A DNA stretch of 64,000 nt from Eledone cirrhosa (lineage: Eukaryota): positions 56,978,001 through 57,042,000 of the forward strand of contig OZ024747.1 of the NCBI GenBank assembly GCA_964016885.1. The letters run 5' to 3'. Made by a program: the position numbers and the translations under genes. Shown here in pieces: positions 25,917-39,084 of the stretch. The first letter of the stretch is position 1, and every line of letters starts with the position of its first letter. The notes beneath the pieces were generated by a model. That model searched no databases and was not told where the DNA came from. It worked only from the letters and a program-made list of their open reading frames with translations.

Positions 25917-27499
25917 TATATATATATACATGAGAAGATAAATTAAATTAAACTTTGTTTGTGAAGATCAAATGGGTCAATACATACTTTATTGTTGTTG
26001 TGGTGGTGTCAGTGTTGGGGTTTGGGGTGGTAATGCTGGTGAACATAGTATAATGTTCTTGTTGAACATTCAATAAATTCTCCTTCTGACCACTTCTTCT
26101 TCCCCAGTTCCTCCTGTTTTTCCTGGTACCATACTTTCACTTATATATATATATATATATTAGGTCTCCTTAGTAGTGAGGGACTTATCAGTTTAACACA
26201 TGCTGACTATCCATAAGCTGAATTGGTTCCCTCACTGAATTATGGTGAAACATTCTCCTAGTGAGTCTGTAGATGTATGATTTAGTTATAAGGTGGTTTA
26301 TTTAATTTTAATTTTATCCTTTTAATTATAATGTATTTCCCAAACCTTTTGTAGGTTATATGTTTTTCACGCTAGTGGTCTTATACCCCCTGTAAATGAA
26401 AACACACTCCTCTCCTGTGTTTGACATTAAAGTCAGAGTGGGAGGTGGTCTTGTTCTTCCAATAGATCTAGTTAAAGTGGTAGGGGTGGTGCTTGGTTCA
26501 ATCCCATCTTGCCCCCAGTAGACAATGTAAATATCACAGGATATCTGGAAATTCCTATTCTCTGACTAAGCTGACAAAATACTTCATCTACTGCCAGCCA
26601 TAATATTGTAGGGTGAGGGTTGTCTATGATGGATGTGGGTGAGATTTGTTTGAATGGGTGGATGGCTAACTCATGGTGGTATGCTGTTGTTGGCGGTGGT
26701 AGTGGTGGCTGGTGGCTTTGGTGTTCGTGGTCATGGTGGTGGTGGCTTTGGTGGTGTTGATGGTGGTTTGGGTGGTGGTTTTGGTGGGGTTGGTGTTGGT
26801 GTTGGTGGTGGTAGCAGGTATTTGAATGTTGTTTTTGTTATTGTTTTCTTGTATTTTTGTGTTATACAGTTTTTCTTGTTTTAGTGAAAATACATCTATC
26901 AACACTATCAACACCAACACCAACACCACTATCAACATCACAACCACCACTACCACCACCACCACGAACACCACTCCAATCATCAACATCATCAACATCA
27001 CCAACACCAGTATCACCAATACCATCACCACTACCACCACCACTGCCACCACCCCCACAGCAACTGCTATCACCACAATTACCACTACCACCAACACTAT
27101 CAACATCACCTCTTCATGATATATGTGGTCATTCAACTTGCTAGAGATAGCAGCCAAATTTATCTCAAACCATATCTTAATCTCTCAGTAAAAGGATACA
27201 TTTTATATAGTCCTAGTGACTGAGCACAAAAGATAAAGATGGGATGGCCATGGCTGGAATGAATTTGATCAGATGTCTGCTTAATTCAGACTAACCTGGA
27301 GCTAAACAGTAACAACAATGTTTAGGGTGTTGGCTTTATGATCAAATGGTAGAGGGACGCTGTATTGATATATACCATTTCTAGGACATTTAAAAAAAAA
27401 AAACCTGGCAGAGCCCATCTTCTCTCCAGGTCTGAATAAAGCAGATTACTCCAGAGAAGGATAGAGATAGTGAGAGAATGGAAGTGAGAAAGAGATACA

Positions 27500-27665
27500 G
27501 AGGAAGAATTGACCCCAGTACCTGACTGGTACTTTGTTTTATCTGCCTTGAATGGATGAAAGGGAAAGTTGACCTTGGAATGATTTGAACTGAGAGAGTA
27601 GAAAGCCATAATGAATACTGCAAAACATTCTATATGATGTTCTAAAGACTCTGTCAATTTACAGC
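27500..27665 (-). mobile_element. Degenerate SINE family A
   Basis: CTGGTACTTTGTTTTATC...GGATGAAAGG.AAAGTTGACCT...GATTTGAACT. Confidence 0.6.
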
Positions 27666-28021
27666 CTTGGGAAGTAGGCCCCTTAAACTTGTCGACTCAT
27701 GCCAACTGGCCCATGTGCCCAACGTATCTGGTCTGGGCTGGTATGGAGCCAGGAGTAAGTAAGTTTGTTGGCTTACAGTGCAGACTTCATGTATTCCTTT
27801 GGGTTAAACTTATGAAAGCATAAACTATAGACATTGCAACAATAGAAACAACAACAATAGTTGCACCAACAATACCTTTCAGAAGTCTGTCAATAATATT
27901 GTAATTATTTGCTTGCAAAGATATATTAATAGGCACAGATATAGCTTTGTGGTAGAGGTGGTGTTAGAGATGTATAACATACATATACACATATGTATAC
28001 ACACAGACACGCACATATAAG

Positions 28022-28065
<44 letters not shown>

Positions 28066-28107
28066 CACATATAAATATATATATCATCATGATCATCATC
28101 ATGGTTT

Positions 28108-28154
<47 letters not shown>

Positions 28155-28159
<5 letters not shown>

Positions 28160-28340
28160 TTAAAAAAAGGAAAAGAATGACTTCACTTGTAGTTCAAAAC
28201 AATTTAATTTAATTTCATACTATAATTTTCTGATTTGGTTTGGTAGATCTACTAAACCAAATTGTAAAATTATAATATAAAATTAAATTAAATTGATTTG
28301 AACTACAAGTGAAGTCATTCTTTTCCTTTTTTTAAATATA
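28155..28340. repeat. Imperfect 186-bp palindrome
   Basis: Centre GTAGA|TCTAC at 28247/28248. The outer ~40 bp pair perfectly. Confidence 0.85.
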
Positions 28341-28588
28341 CCTAATTGTACCAAGGATTTCACACATTTTCAATATATATATATATATAAATGAGTGTGT
28401 GTACATACATACTTACATATATACATATATAACAGCAGTTACATGAGCCAAACAAACAAGTGCATCTTTAGAACTCCTCAGGCACATTCCTTTCCTTTGT
28501 GCAATTTCATGCATTAAGGTTAATGTGAGACAATATCTCAACAGAGAATGGCCAGAAAAAATTTGAGTGTCTTTTGATAAAAATAGGG

Positions 28589-28631
<43 letters not shown>

Positions 28632-28647
28632 TCGTGCAGGTGTCAAG

Positions 28648-28870
28648 GTCCAGTCCACGCTGTAATGTGGCCGTGTAGGTAACACGGTAAAAACCTCCCA
28701 GTCCACACTGTAAATGTGGTTGGTGTTAGGAAGGGCATCCAGCCGTAGAAAACCCGTCAGACAGTCCTATGCGAGCGAGACAACCACTCTTGCCTCAAGT
28801 GGGAAAACTCCCGTCCAAACCCATGCAAGCCTGGAAGATGGACATTAAACGATGATGATGATGATGATGA

Positions 28871-28875
<5 letters not shown>
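28648..28875 (+). mobile_element. Family C element
   Basis: Near-identical to 19392-19600, between (TA)n tracts. Confidence 0.85.
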
Positions 28876-28903
<28 letters not shown>

Positions 28904-29009
28904 ATATTACAACTAGAAATTAATAAAATAAACAACAGACTTGTGATTAAATTAAGAAAAAAGACAAGCAAATGAGAGAAAAAGGAGTGAGTGAAAGAAA
29001 GGGATATAT

Positions 29010-29446
29010 ATCATCATCATCATCGATTAACATCCATCTTCCACACTAGCATGGGTTAGACAGGTCCCATTTAGAGGCAAGTTGTGTCAGGTAAGATGAC
29101 CGCATCATGCTCATATGGATCTGTATTTTGGCTTGGTTTCTACAGCTGGATGAACTTCCTAATGTCATTTTATTGTGGCACCGAAATGATTATCTAATAG
29201 GATACACTGGGTGCATTTCCGTTGTGTCACCAGCATGACCACCTTACAGAGTTCACTGGGTGCTTTTTGTTGTATCATCAGTATGGCCATCTTACAGGGT
29301 GGACTGGGTACGTTTTGTCCTGTCAGCATGACCACCTTACAGGATTGACTGGGTGCTTTTTGTCCTGTCACCAGCATGACCACCTTACAGGGTGGACTGG
29401 TCTCTTTTTATAGTGTCACCAGCATGACTAGCTTACAGGGTGGTCT
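29010..29446 (-). mobile_element. Diverged family C-like element with ~40-bp subrepeats
   Basis: (CAT)n tail, GTTTCTACAGCTGGATG and tandem CAGCATGACCACCTTACAG units. Confidence 0.65.
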
Positions 29447-31054
29447 GAATGCCATTAAATCCTATACCACATGAACACATGATTTATTAGTGAACTCCTT
29501 AATCCCAAACAACTTATATCTGTCCCCACTTAATCCTTTTATAACTATATTTCTTATGAAAAAAACTATAATTTTCAAATATATATGAAAACATTTACGA
29601 ATTTGGTGATTTAGTAAAATATTTAATTTTCCCATCAGTAACTTCGGGTTTGGAATATAAAAGAAGTACTTACGTAAAATTTTGATGGAAGGTTTTTACA
29701 TAAATATAAGTACTTTAGATCAAACAGTTCTGTATTATGGAACTAGGGGTGGTTTGCTACCAAATAGGTTAAAACTTTGAGAAAGAATTGTCAAACATGT
29801 GAAGTTAGAAACCATAGAGGTGGACACATCTGTCAGTGTTACCATTCTGTCATAGAATCTATCAACATTAAGATATAACCTACAAGTTACTATTTCAACG
29901 TTAGAAAACTTTGACAAAATTCTAAAAGTATCTCTTTCTTTGATTTCCACCAACCAATGCTGACCGACCACTGCAACATTCACAATCAAAATAGTTTCGA
30001 AGAATGGACGATAATTATGAATATTTTGGACATTTCATCCACTAATGTTGGACATTAGTAAGAAAATTGACAGAAGCTGGCAGTCTATATTAACCCTTTC
30101 CTTAAATGTCAGTCAAACTAATAAGTCTTTAATCAGGTATTCTTCCTTACTGGCACCAAAACACGTGACAGGTTTCACTTTACACAAACACACTAACTAC
30201 AACAACAACAACAACAACAACAGCAACAATATAGTCTACAACAGCAATAGTTACAGCAAAAATAACAACAACAACATCAATAGTTAGAGCAACAGCAACA
30301 ATAGCAACAACAACGTCTAAAGCAACAATAGCTAATAAAACAACCAACACAACCACCACCACTACCACCACTACCACCATCACTACAACAACTCTCACCA
30401 CCAAAACCACCACCACCACTACCACCATCACTACAACATCAATCACCATCACTACCACCACTACTACCACCACTACCAATATCACTACACAAACATAGCT
30501 ACTACAACAACAGCAATAATTACAATAATACCACCACCAGCATCAACACCACAACTGCCATCACCCCTAACCACTACCATTGGTATATAGTTATACCAAC
30601 AACCACCACCACCACCTTCTTCAACACTACCCACCACCACCACCACCATCAATACTATCTACCACCACCACCACCACCATCAACACTACCCACCACCACC
30701 ACTACTACCACCAACACTAACCCCACCACCACCACCATCATCAACATAGTCGTCATTATGTATATATTTCAAACAATTAGTTAAAACTCTCACAGACTGA
30801 CCATAATGTCCAAGTCACATATGGGGCCTCCTCTCTCCTCACCTCACCCTTCTCCTCCTATATTACAAACTGACCATAATGTAGTCATCATCATCATCAT
30901 CAATATCCACTTCTCCTCTTCTTTCCCCCTCTCTCTTATATTATTACCTGTCCATATCAATTAGCTGACTTCCTTCCTCCTTTCTGTACAGTGTCACCAT
31001 TGATAATTGATTTTAAATAAGCTATAGTCTTCAGTAATGGACCCATTCTTTAAC

Positions 31055-31085
<31 letters not shown>

Positions 31086-31186
31086 TATATATACATATGT
31101 TTGTGTGTGTGAATATATATAGGCATATATATATGTGTGTGTGTGTATATATATATATATGTATATATTTTGAGTATATGTTGGTT

Positions 31187-31395
31187 GTTCCTCAGGGAAA
31201 TAACAACCCAACCAGGAACTGGGCATATCAGAGTATTGACGAAGTTAAACACCTCAACAACATGTGTACCCGTCTCTACCACACTAATTCAGACTGCCTG
31301 AAGAGGTCACAGCCAAAGATGGCTGTCACCGAAATATATATAGCAGTAATAAACTAAGCCAAATTTTAAATATTTGACTTATCTATTTTATTTTA
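31187..31395 (+). mobile_element. Solo copy of the pseudo-LTR family that forms the 25.3-25.7 kb palindrome
   Basis: Highly similar to 25537-25748 and ends at the same position. Flanked by (TA)n. Confidence 0.85.
31293..31347 (+). ncRNA. Type I hammerhead ribozyme
   Basis: ACTGC-CTGAAGA-GGTCACAGCC-AAAGAT-GGCTGTCACC-GAAA-TATATA-TA/GCAGT. Confidence 0.8.
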
Positions 31396-31447
<52 letters not shown>

Positions 31448-31475
31448 CATACATTTATCTATATATACATACATA

Positions 31476-31820
31476 CATTTCATTTCATCATTTCATTTTT
31501 ACGTCTGCTTTTTCCCTGCTTGCAAGGGTGGGACGGGAACTGATTTTACCTTGGTTTCTACAGCTGGATGCCCTTCCTAACACCAACCTCATTTACAGTG
31601 AGTGCTGGGTGCTTTTTTGCCGTGGCACCTGCACGACCACTTTACAGTGGAATGATATGGACCCCAGTCCCTATCATCTGATTTCTACAGCTGAGTAAAC
31701 TGGAGCAATGTGAAATAAAGTGTCTTGCTCAAGGAAACAACACATCACCCGGTCTGAGAATTGAACTCACAACCTTTCGATTGCAAGGCCAATGCTCTAA
31801 CCACTAGGCCATGTGCCTTC
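31476..31820 (-). mobile_element. SINE family B
   Basis: Full head and tail homology to 33334-33680. Confidence 0.85.
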
Positions 31821-32144
31821 ATTTTATTATATATGCATATATATATATATGCTCTAACCACTAGGCCATGTGCCTTCATTTTATATACATGCATATATAT
31901 ATATATGAATCATCATCATTGTTTTAGATCAACCTTTCCATGCTGGCATGGGCTAGACATGAGTTTTTGATGCAATGTCTTACAACCAGATGCTCTTCCT
32001 GACACCAAACCTTTTAGTTGATTTGTACAACATGCAGTGATATGATGTACCTATTCGAAACAAGATACAGATGACACACAAATGCACACATATATATATG
32101 TATATATATCATCATCATCACCATCATTATTATCAACATCATGT

Positions 32145-32532
32145 GAAGGCGCATGGCTTAGTGGTTAGAGAATTGGGCTTGCAATCGAAAGGTTGTGAGT
32201 TCAATTCTTGGACTAGGTGATGTGTTGTTTCCTTGAACAAGACACTTTATTTCCCATTGCTCCAGTTTACTCAGCAGTAGAAATGAGATGATAGGACTCG
32301 GGTCCCTATCATTCCACTGCAAAGTGGTCGTGGAGGTGCTACGGCAAAAAAGCACCCAGCACTCACTGTAAATGAGGTTGGTGTTAGGAAGGGCATCCAG
32401 CTGTAGAAATCAAGCCAGAATCAGTTCCCGTATGAGCAAGACAAGGTCAGCTGACTGGACACTGCCCACAACATGACAAGTCCCACCCTTGCAACCAGGG
32501 AAAAGCGGACGTAAAATGATGATGATGATGAT
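32145..32532 (+). mobile_element. SINE family B
   Basis: tRNA-like head GGCGCATGGCTTAGTGGTTAGAG...GAGTTCAATTC and (GAT)n tail. Confidence 0.85.
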
Positions 32533-33062
32533 CATCATCATCATCACCATTTAACATCCATTTTTCCACGTGAGCATAGGTTAGACGAGTTTCCTGTTGT
32601 GAGAAATGCCAGGTCAGGTGATCATGGCTCGTTCATACAGAACTGATTTTGGCTTGATTTCTACAGCTGGATGCCCTTCCTGATATCAACCATTCACAGT
32701 GAGTGCTGGGTTCTTTTGTTTCATGACACCTACACAACCACTCTACAGTGAGTACTCAGTGTTTTTTGTCATGACACCTACACGACCTCTTTACAGTGTG
32801 GGCTAGGTGCTTTTTTTCATGACACCTACACAACGACTTTACAGTGAGTACTCAGTGCTTTTTGTTGTGACACCTACACGACCACTCTACAGTGAGTACT
32901 CAGTGCTTTTTACCACGACACCTACATGACCATTTTACAGTGTGGGCTGGGTGCTTTTTGTCGGGACACCTACACGACCACTTTACAGTGTGGACTGGAT
33001 GCTTTTTGTTGGGACACCTACACGACCACTTTACAGTGCGGGCTGGGTGCTTTTTGTCATGA
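32533..33062 (-). mobile_element. Family C-like element with an expanded ~40-bp subrepeat array (about 9 units)
   Basis: GACACCTACACGACCACTTTACAGTG...GTGCTTTTTG is repeated. The element is tail-to-tail with the preceding SINE. Confidence 0.75.
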
Positions 33063-33333
33063 CATTTATTAACGCCAGCTACTACAATGGCGCGATACCA
33101 GGTACGAACATTTCTTTAACTACGATGACCTACTTCAATCTGTACCAATGAAAATGCACTGGAAAAAAAATTATTTTTTCTGTTTGAAAAAATTGGTCCC
33201 CATAGCTAATCAAACATATGTACCTGGTATGGCCTCAATAATTATATTCAAACTCACCCTATGGACTTGAGCTGCTCTATACCTTGGATAATTTTATCTA
33301 CCTACACACACACACACACACATATATATATAT

Positions 33334-33680
33334 GGAGGCACATGGCTTAGTGGTTAGAGCATTCGCCTTGCAATCGAAAGGTTGTGAGTTCAATTCTCAG
33401 ACCGGGTGATGTGTTGTTTCCTTGAGCAAGACACTTTATTTCACATTGCTCCAGTTTACTCAGCTGTAGAAATGAGATGATAGGGACTGGGGTCCATATC
33501 ATTCCACTGCAAAGTGGTCGTAGAGGTGCCACGGCAAAAAAAGCACCCAGCACTCACTGTAAATGAGGTTGGTGTTAGGAAGGGCATCCAGCTGTAGAAA
33601 TCAAGCCAGAATCAGTTCCCGTCCCACCCTTGCAAGCAGGGAAAAAGCGGACGTAAAATGAAATGATGATGAATGATGAT
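33334..33680 (+). mobile_element. SINE family B, full length
   Basis: A box TGGCTTAGTGG, B box GAGTTCAATTC, CCTTGAGCAAGACAC core and RTE-like tail. Confidence 0.9.
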
Positions 33681-34077
33681 ATGCAGTGGTTGTGATGAAT
33701 GGAAATTGTGGTTATGATAGTTAAGTAGGTGGTTGTGATGGGTCAAGGCAGTGGTCATGGTAGTTAGTGGGGATGGTTGTGATGGGTAGAGATGGTGTTA
33801 CTGATGGTGGAAGTGTTAGTTGTGAAGCTGGTGTTGGTGAAGGTGGAGGTGGTTGTTATGATGGGAACAATGTTAATAATGAAGGTTTTTACTGCCAGGT
33901 TAGCTACGGATGGTGTATTTAATGCTTGTTGAAGGGCTGATGGTGATGATAATGTGGATGATGGTTGTGGTGGGGATGGTTTCAATGATGCTTAGGATGC
34001 TGGCAACAGTGGTGTTGGATGAAGTGAGTCAGTAGCAGTGGTATTTATCATAACATCATTGCCATCATTATTTAACA

Positions 34078-34540
34078 GCATAGTTACGTCCCTTTACGAT
34101 CTGAGTTCAAATCCCGCCGAGGTTGACTTTGCCCTTCATCCTTACGGGGTCGATAAAATAAAGTACCAGTAATGCACTGGGTATTTGCTGGCCTTGTGCC
34201 TAACGTAGAAACAATTATTTAACAGCGGTGGATTGGCAGTATCGGTAGAGGGTCGGACGCCATGCTTTGACGCACAGAGTTACAGCCCTTGCCATTCTGA
34301 GTTCAAATCCCGCCGACGTTAACTTTGCCTTTCATCCTTACGGGGTCGATAAAATAAAGTACCAGTAATGTACTGGGTTAATTGCTGGCCTTGTGCCTAA
34401 AGTAGAAACAAATATTTAACAGCGGTGGATTGGCAGTATCGGTAGAGGGTGGGATACGGCGTCGATAGAATAAAGTACCGGTAATACACTGGGATAATTG
34501 CTGGCCTTGTGCCAAAAGGAGAAACAATTATTTAACAGCT
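34078..34540 (+). mobile_element. Tandem array of SINE family A units
   Basis: Three head-to-tail units, each ending AGAAACAA.TATTTAACAGC. Confidence 0.85.
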
Positions 34541-34635
34541 GTGTTCTCTGCCTCGGTTTTGGGTGCTTTGGATGTTGGTGAGATCTGTTTTATAAGGGGT
34601 CGCTAGCATTGGTGCTAAGTGGTATTGGGGGTCCT

Positions 34636-37035
34636 AGTTGTGGCAGTGAAGGGGGAGATGGTGGTGGCAGTGAAGGGGGAGATGGTGGTGGCAGTGAAGG
34701 GGGAGATGGTGGTGGCAGTGAAGGGGGAGATGGTGGTGGCAGTGAAGGGGGTGATGGTGGCGGCAGTGAAGGGCGTGATGGTGGTGGCAGTGAAGGGGGA
34801 GATGGTGGTGGCAGTGAAGGGGGTGATGGTGGCGGCAGTGAAGGGCGTGATGGTGGTGGCAGTGAAGGGGGAGATGGTGGTGGCAGTGAAGGGGGTGATG
34901 GTGGCGGCAGTGAAGGGGGAGATGGTGGTGGCAGTGAAGGGGGTGATGGTGGCGGCAGTGAAGGGCGTGATGGTGGTGGCAGTGAAGGGGGAGATGGTGG
35001 TGGCAGTGAAGGGGGTCCTAGTTGTGGCAGTGAAGGGGGAGATAGTGGTGGCAGTGAAGGGGGAGATGGTGGTGGCAGTGAAGGGGAAGATGGTGGTGGC
35101 AGTGAAGGGGGTCCTAGTTGTGGCAGTGAAGGGGGAGATAGTGGTGGCAGTGAAGGGGGTGATGGTGGTGGCAGTGAAGGGGGAGATGGTGGTGGCAGTG
35201 AAGGGGGTAATGGTGGCGGCAGTGAAGGGGGTGATGGTGGCGGCAGTGAAGGGCGTGATGGTGGTGGCAGTGAAGGGGGAGATGGTGGTGGCAGTGAAGG
35301 GGGAGATGGTGGTGGGAGTGAAGGGGGAGATGGTGGTGGCAGTGAAGGGGGTGATGGTGGTGGCAGTGAAGGGGGAGATGGTGGTGGCAGTGAAGGGCGT
35401 GATGGTGGTGGCAATGAAGGGGGTGATGGTGGTGGCAGTGAAGGGGGTGATGGTGGTGGCAGTGAAGGGGGTCCTAGTTGTGGCAGTGAAGGGGGAGATG
35501 GTGGTGGCAGTGAAGGGGGTGATGGTGGTGGCAGTGAAGGGGAAGATGGTGGTGGCAGTGAAGGGGGTGATGGTGGTGGCAGTGAAGGGGAAGATGGTGG
35601 TGGCAGTGAAGGGGGTGATGGTGGCGGCAGTGAAGGGGGTGATGGTGGTGGCAGTGAAGGGGGTGATGGTGGTGGCAGTGAAGGGGGAGATGGTGGCGGC
35701 AGTGGTGGAAGTGAAGGGGGTGATGGTGGTGGCAGTGAAGGGGGAGATGGTGGTGGCAGTGAAGGGGGTGATGGTGGTGGCAGTGAAGGGGGAGATGGTG
35801 GCGGCAGTGGTGGAAGTGAAGGGGGTGATGGTGGTGGCAGTGAAGGGGGAGATGGTGGTGGCAGTGAAGGGCGTGATGGTGGTGGCAGTGATGGGGGTGA
35901 TGGTGGTGGCAGTGAAGGGGGTGATGGTGGTGGCAGTGAAGGGGGTGATGGTGGCGGCAGTGAAGGGCGTGATGGTGGTGGCAGTGAAGGGGGAGATGGT
36001 GGTGGCAGTGAAGGGGGTGATGGTGGCGGCAGTGAAGGGGGAGATGGTGGTGGCAGTGAAGGGGGTGATGGTGGCGGCAGTGAAGGGCGTGATGGTGGTG
36101 GCAGTGAAGGGGGAGATGGTGGTGGCAGTGAAGGGGGTCCTAGTTGTGGCAGTGAAGGGGGAGATAGTGGTGGCAGTGAAGGGGGAGATGGTGGTGGCAG
36201 TGAAGGGGTGATGGTGGCGGCAGTGAAGGGGGTGATGGTGGTGGCAGTGAAGGGGGAGATGGTTTGTGGCAGTGAAGGGGGTGATGGTGGTGGCAGTGAA
36301 GGGGGTGATGGTGGTGGCAGTGAAGGGGAAGATGGTGGTGGCAGTGAAGGGGGTGATGGTGGTGGCAGTGAAGGGGGAGATGGTGGTGGCAGTGAAGGGG
36401 GAGATGGTGGTGGCAGTGAAGGGGGAGATGGTGGTGGCAGTGAAGGGGGTGATGGTGGTGGCAGTGAAGGGGGTGATGGTGGTGGCAGTGAAGGGGGAGA
36501 TGGTGGTGGCAGTGAAGGGGTGATGGTGGCGGCAGTGAAGGGGGTGATGGTGGTGGCAGTGAAGGGGGAGATGGTTTGTGGCAGTGAAGGGGGTGATGGT
36601 GGTGGCAGTGAAGGGGGTGATGGTGGTGGCAGTGAAGGGGGTGATGGTGGTGGCAGTGAAGGGGGTGATGGTGGTGGCAGTGAAGGTGGTGATGGTGGTG
36701 GCAGTGATGGGGGTGATGGTGGTGGCAGTGAAGGGGGTGATGGTGGTGGCAGTGAAGGGTGAGATGGTGGTGGCAGTGAAGGGGGAGATGGTGGTGGCAG
36801 TGAAGGGGGTGATGGTGGTGGCAGTGAAGGGGGAGATGGTGGTGGCAGTGAAGGGGGTGATGGTGGTGGCAGTGAAGGTCGTGATGGTGGTGGCAGTGAA
36901 GGGGGAGATGGTGGTGGCAGTGAAGGGGGAGATGGTGGTGGCAGTGAAGGGGGAGATGGTGGTGGCAGTGAAGGGGGAGATGGTGGTGGCAGTGAAGGTG
37001 GTGATGGTGGTGGCAGTGAAGGAGGTGATGGTGGT
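34636..37035. repeat. 24-bp G-rich minisatellite (GGTGGTGGCAGTGAAGGGGGWGAT), about 100 units
   Basis: Directly visible, with variant units and higher-order duplications. Confidence 0.95.
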
Positions 37036-37597
37036 GACAGTAATGGTGATGATGGTGGTGATGGTGCTAGAAGTGACTTCTTATGAAAAAGTGTTAGTAG
37101 ATTCTTTTTTTATCATATTTTCTTCTTATCGAAAAATATTCTTAATTAGAAATTCAATAACAACATCATAAAAAAGATGATAATAATAACAATAATAACA
37201 ACAACAAAAATAATAATAACAATAATAATATATGCATATTCACAAAGATTTTTTTCTTTTTCAAGAAGGAGTTTTCTCTGCTATAAGACTGGCAAAAATC
37301 CCATAGTATTATAAAGGGCTTATTACCATTGGGAGTTCACACACCACCAACTTCAAACACTAACCAATACCAATGTTGTTGAGGTTTTAATTGCAGTGAA
37401 TTCTATTGAGACCAACATAGCAATCAGATTTGTGTCTGAAACCCGACAGAACATTAGTTTAAAATTAGGTTTTAACCTATTTTCAATCAACTTTAAATAT
37501 GTCTTAGTGTCAGTTACTGCTTTACAGATGCTTCTTGAAAAAAAAATTAACTCTTCTACAGCAAGCAATGGTATTGGCATTGGGAGGGAAGATATAA

Positions 37598-37983
37598 TAA
37601 TTGTTTCTACTTTTGGCACAAGGCCAGCAATTAATCCAGTACATTACTGGTACTTTATTTTATTGACCCCGTAAGGATGAAAGGCAAAGTTAACCTCGGC
37701 GGGATTTGAACTCAAACCGTAAAGGGACGTAACTATGCTAGAAAGTATGGCGTCCGACCCTCTACCGATACTGCCAATCCACCAATAATAATAATAATTG
37801 TTTCGACTTTTGGCACAAGGCCAGCAATTAACGCAGTGTATTACTGGTACTTTATTTTATCGACCCCCGTAAGGATGAAAGGCAAAGTTAACCTCGGCGG
37901 GATTTGAACTCAGAATGGCAAGGGCCGTAACTCTATGCATCAAAGCATGGCGTCCGACCCTCTACCGATACTGCCAATCCACC

Positions 37984-37985
<2 letters not shown>
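37598..37985 (-). mobile_element. Two tandem SINE family A copies
   Basis: Reverse complements of family A separated by (AAT)n. More fragments lie at 38120-38420. Confidence 0.85.
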
Positions 37986-38019
<34 letters not shown>

Positions 38020-38462
38020 TTCATTTATTGGCCACAAGGGCAAATACACGGACAGTGGGGGTTTACAATAAACTCGAGTAAAAGTGCACAATAGCAAAAC
38101 CAATTTATAGTAATAATGATAATGGTTTCTTATACAGGCACAAGGCCAGCAATTTGGGTGGAGGGGAAAGTCGATTAAATCGACCCCAGTGTGTAACTGG
38201 TACTTTATTTTATCGAGCCCGTAAGGATGAAAGGCAAAGTTAACCTCGGCAGGATAATAATAATGCTTTCTTCATTAATCACAAGGGTTGACATAAAGAA
38301 TAATGATAATAATAATGGTTTCTGATTTAGGCACAAGGCCAGCAATTTTGGGTGAGGGAAAAGTTGTTTAAATCAGCCCAGTAAGAATGAAAGGCAAAGC
38401 TAACCATGGCAGGGTTTGAACTTTAATTAAGATAATGATAATAATAATAATAATAATAATAA

Positions 38463-38790
38463 TTCGACACGAGAGTGCAAGAGAAGGAGAGGGAGAAAAT
38501 TAACCGATACCAGGACTTAAAGTGGGAGGTAAAAAGGATTTGGAACTGCCATGAGGTCAAAGTGGTCCCAATTGTCATAGGCGCACTAGGTACTATCTCA
38601 AAGAGTTTCCAAGGATGGTTAAAGAAAATTGGCCCCGCCCCGCGTTTTGGAACACTTCAAAAGGCATGCTTGCTGGGAACAGCAAGAACCCTCCGATACG
38701 TCCTGCATATCTGAGGCTGCAGGTAGCGGCTTGATATTCATCTCAACAAACTTTCCAGTTAACTAACATCAATGACTGAGACTCAAAGAA
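38463..38790 (+). mobile_element. R4/Dong-like non-LTR retrotransposon 3' end (REL endonuclease C-terminus) in (TAA)n
   Basis: EKINRYQDLKWEV...VVPIVIGALG...LQKACLLGTARTLR* (ORF ends 38714) is typical of restriction-enzyme-like endonuclease C-termini. (TAA)n lies on both sides. Confidence 0.85.
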
Positions 38791-38809
38791 CAATAACAAT
38801 AATAATAAT

Positions 38810-38845
<36 letters not shown>

Positions 38846-39035
38846 TAGAATTAGAATGATGACAATGACTTCTTTGATGATCATGATGATAATGACGGTG
38901 GTTTCTTTTACTGGTCACATGAGCACATGGCATTGGGGACAAAACAAGGGTGAAATAAAACAACACAAAGTAGAATTCACATTAAGTAAAGGGAAGGGGG
39001 CTCAAGAAAAAGGAATCCTTCCCTCTCTTACTGCA

Positions 39036-39084
<49 letters not shown>

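Noticed and set aside
29531-29771. Second piggyBac-like MITE
   Set aside because: The TTAA-bounded termini are too degenerate to call with confidence.
32690-33062. CRISPR-like periodic repeats
   Set aside because: Contiguous ~40-bp tandem units without unique spacers, part of a retroelement, with no cas genes and a eukaryotic context.
33334-33410. tRNA gene
   Set aside because: A and B boxes are present but there is no proper cloverleaf; it is the head of a multi-copy SINE.
34609-37171. 717-aa Gly-rich, 530-aa Val-rich and Pro-rich ORFs
   Set aside because: All are frames of a 24-bp minisatellite with no unique domain or supported gene structure.
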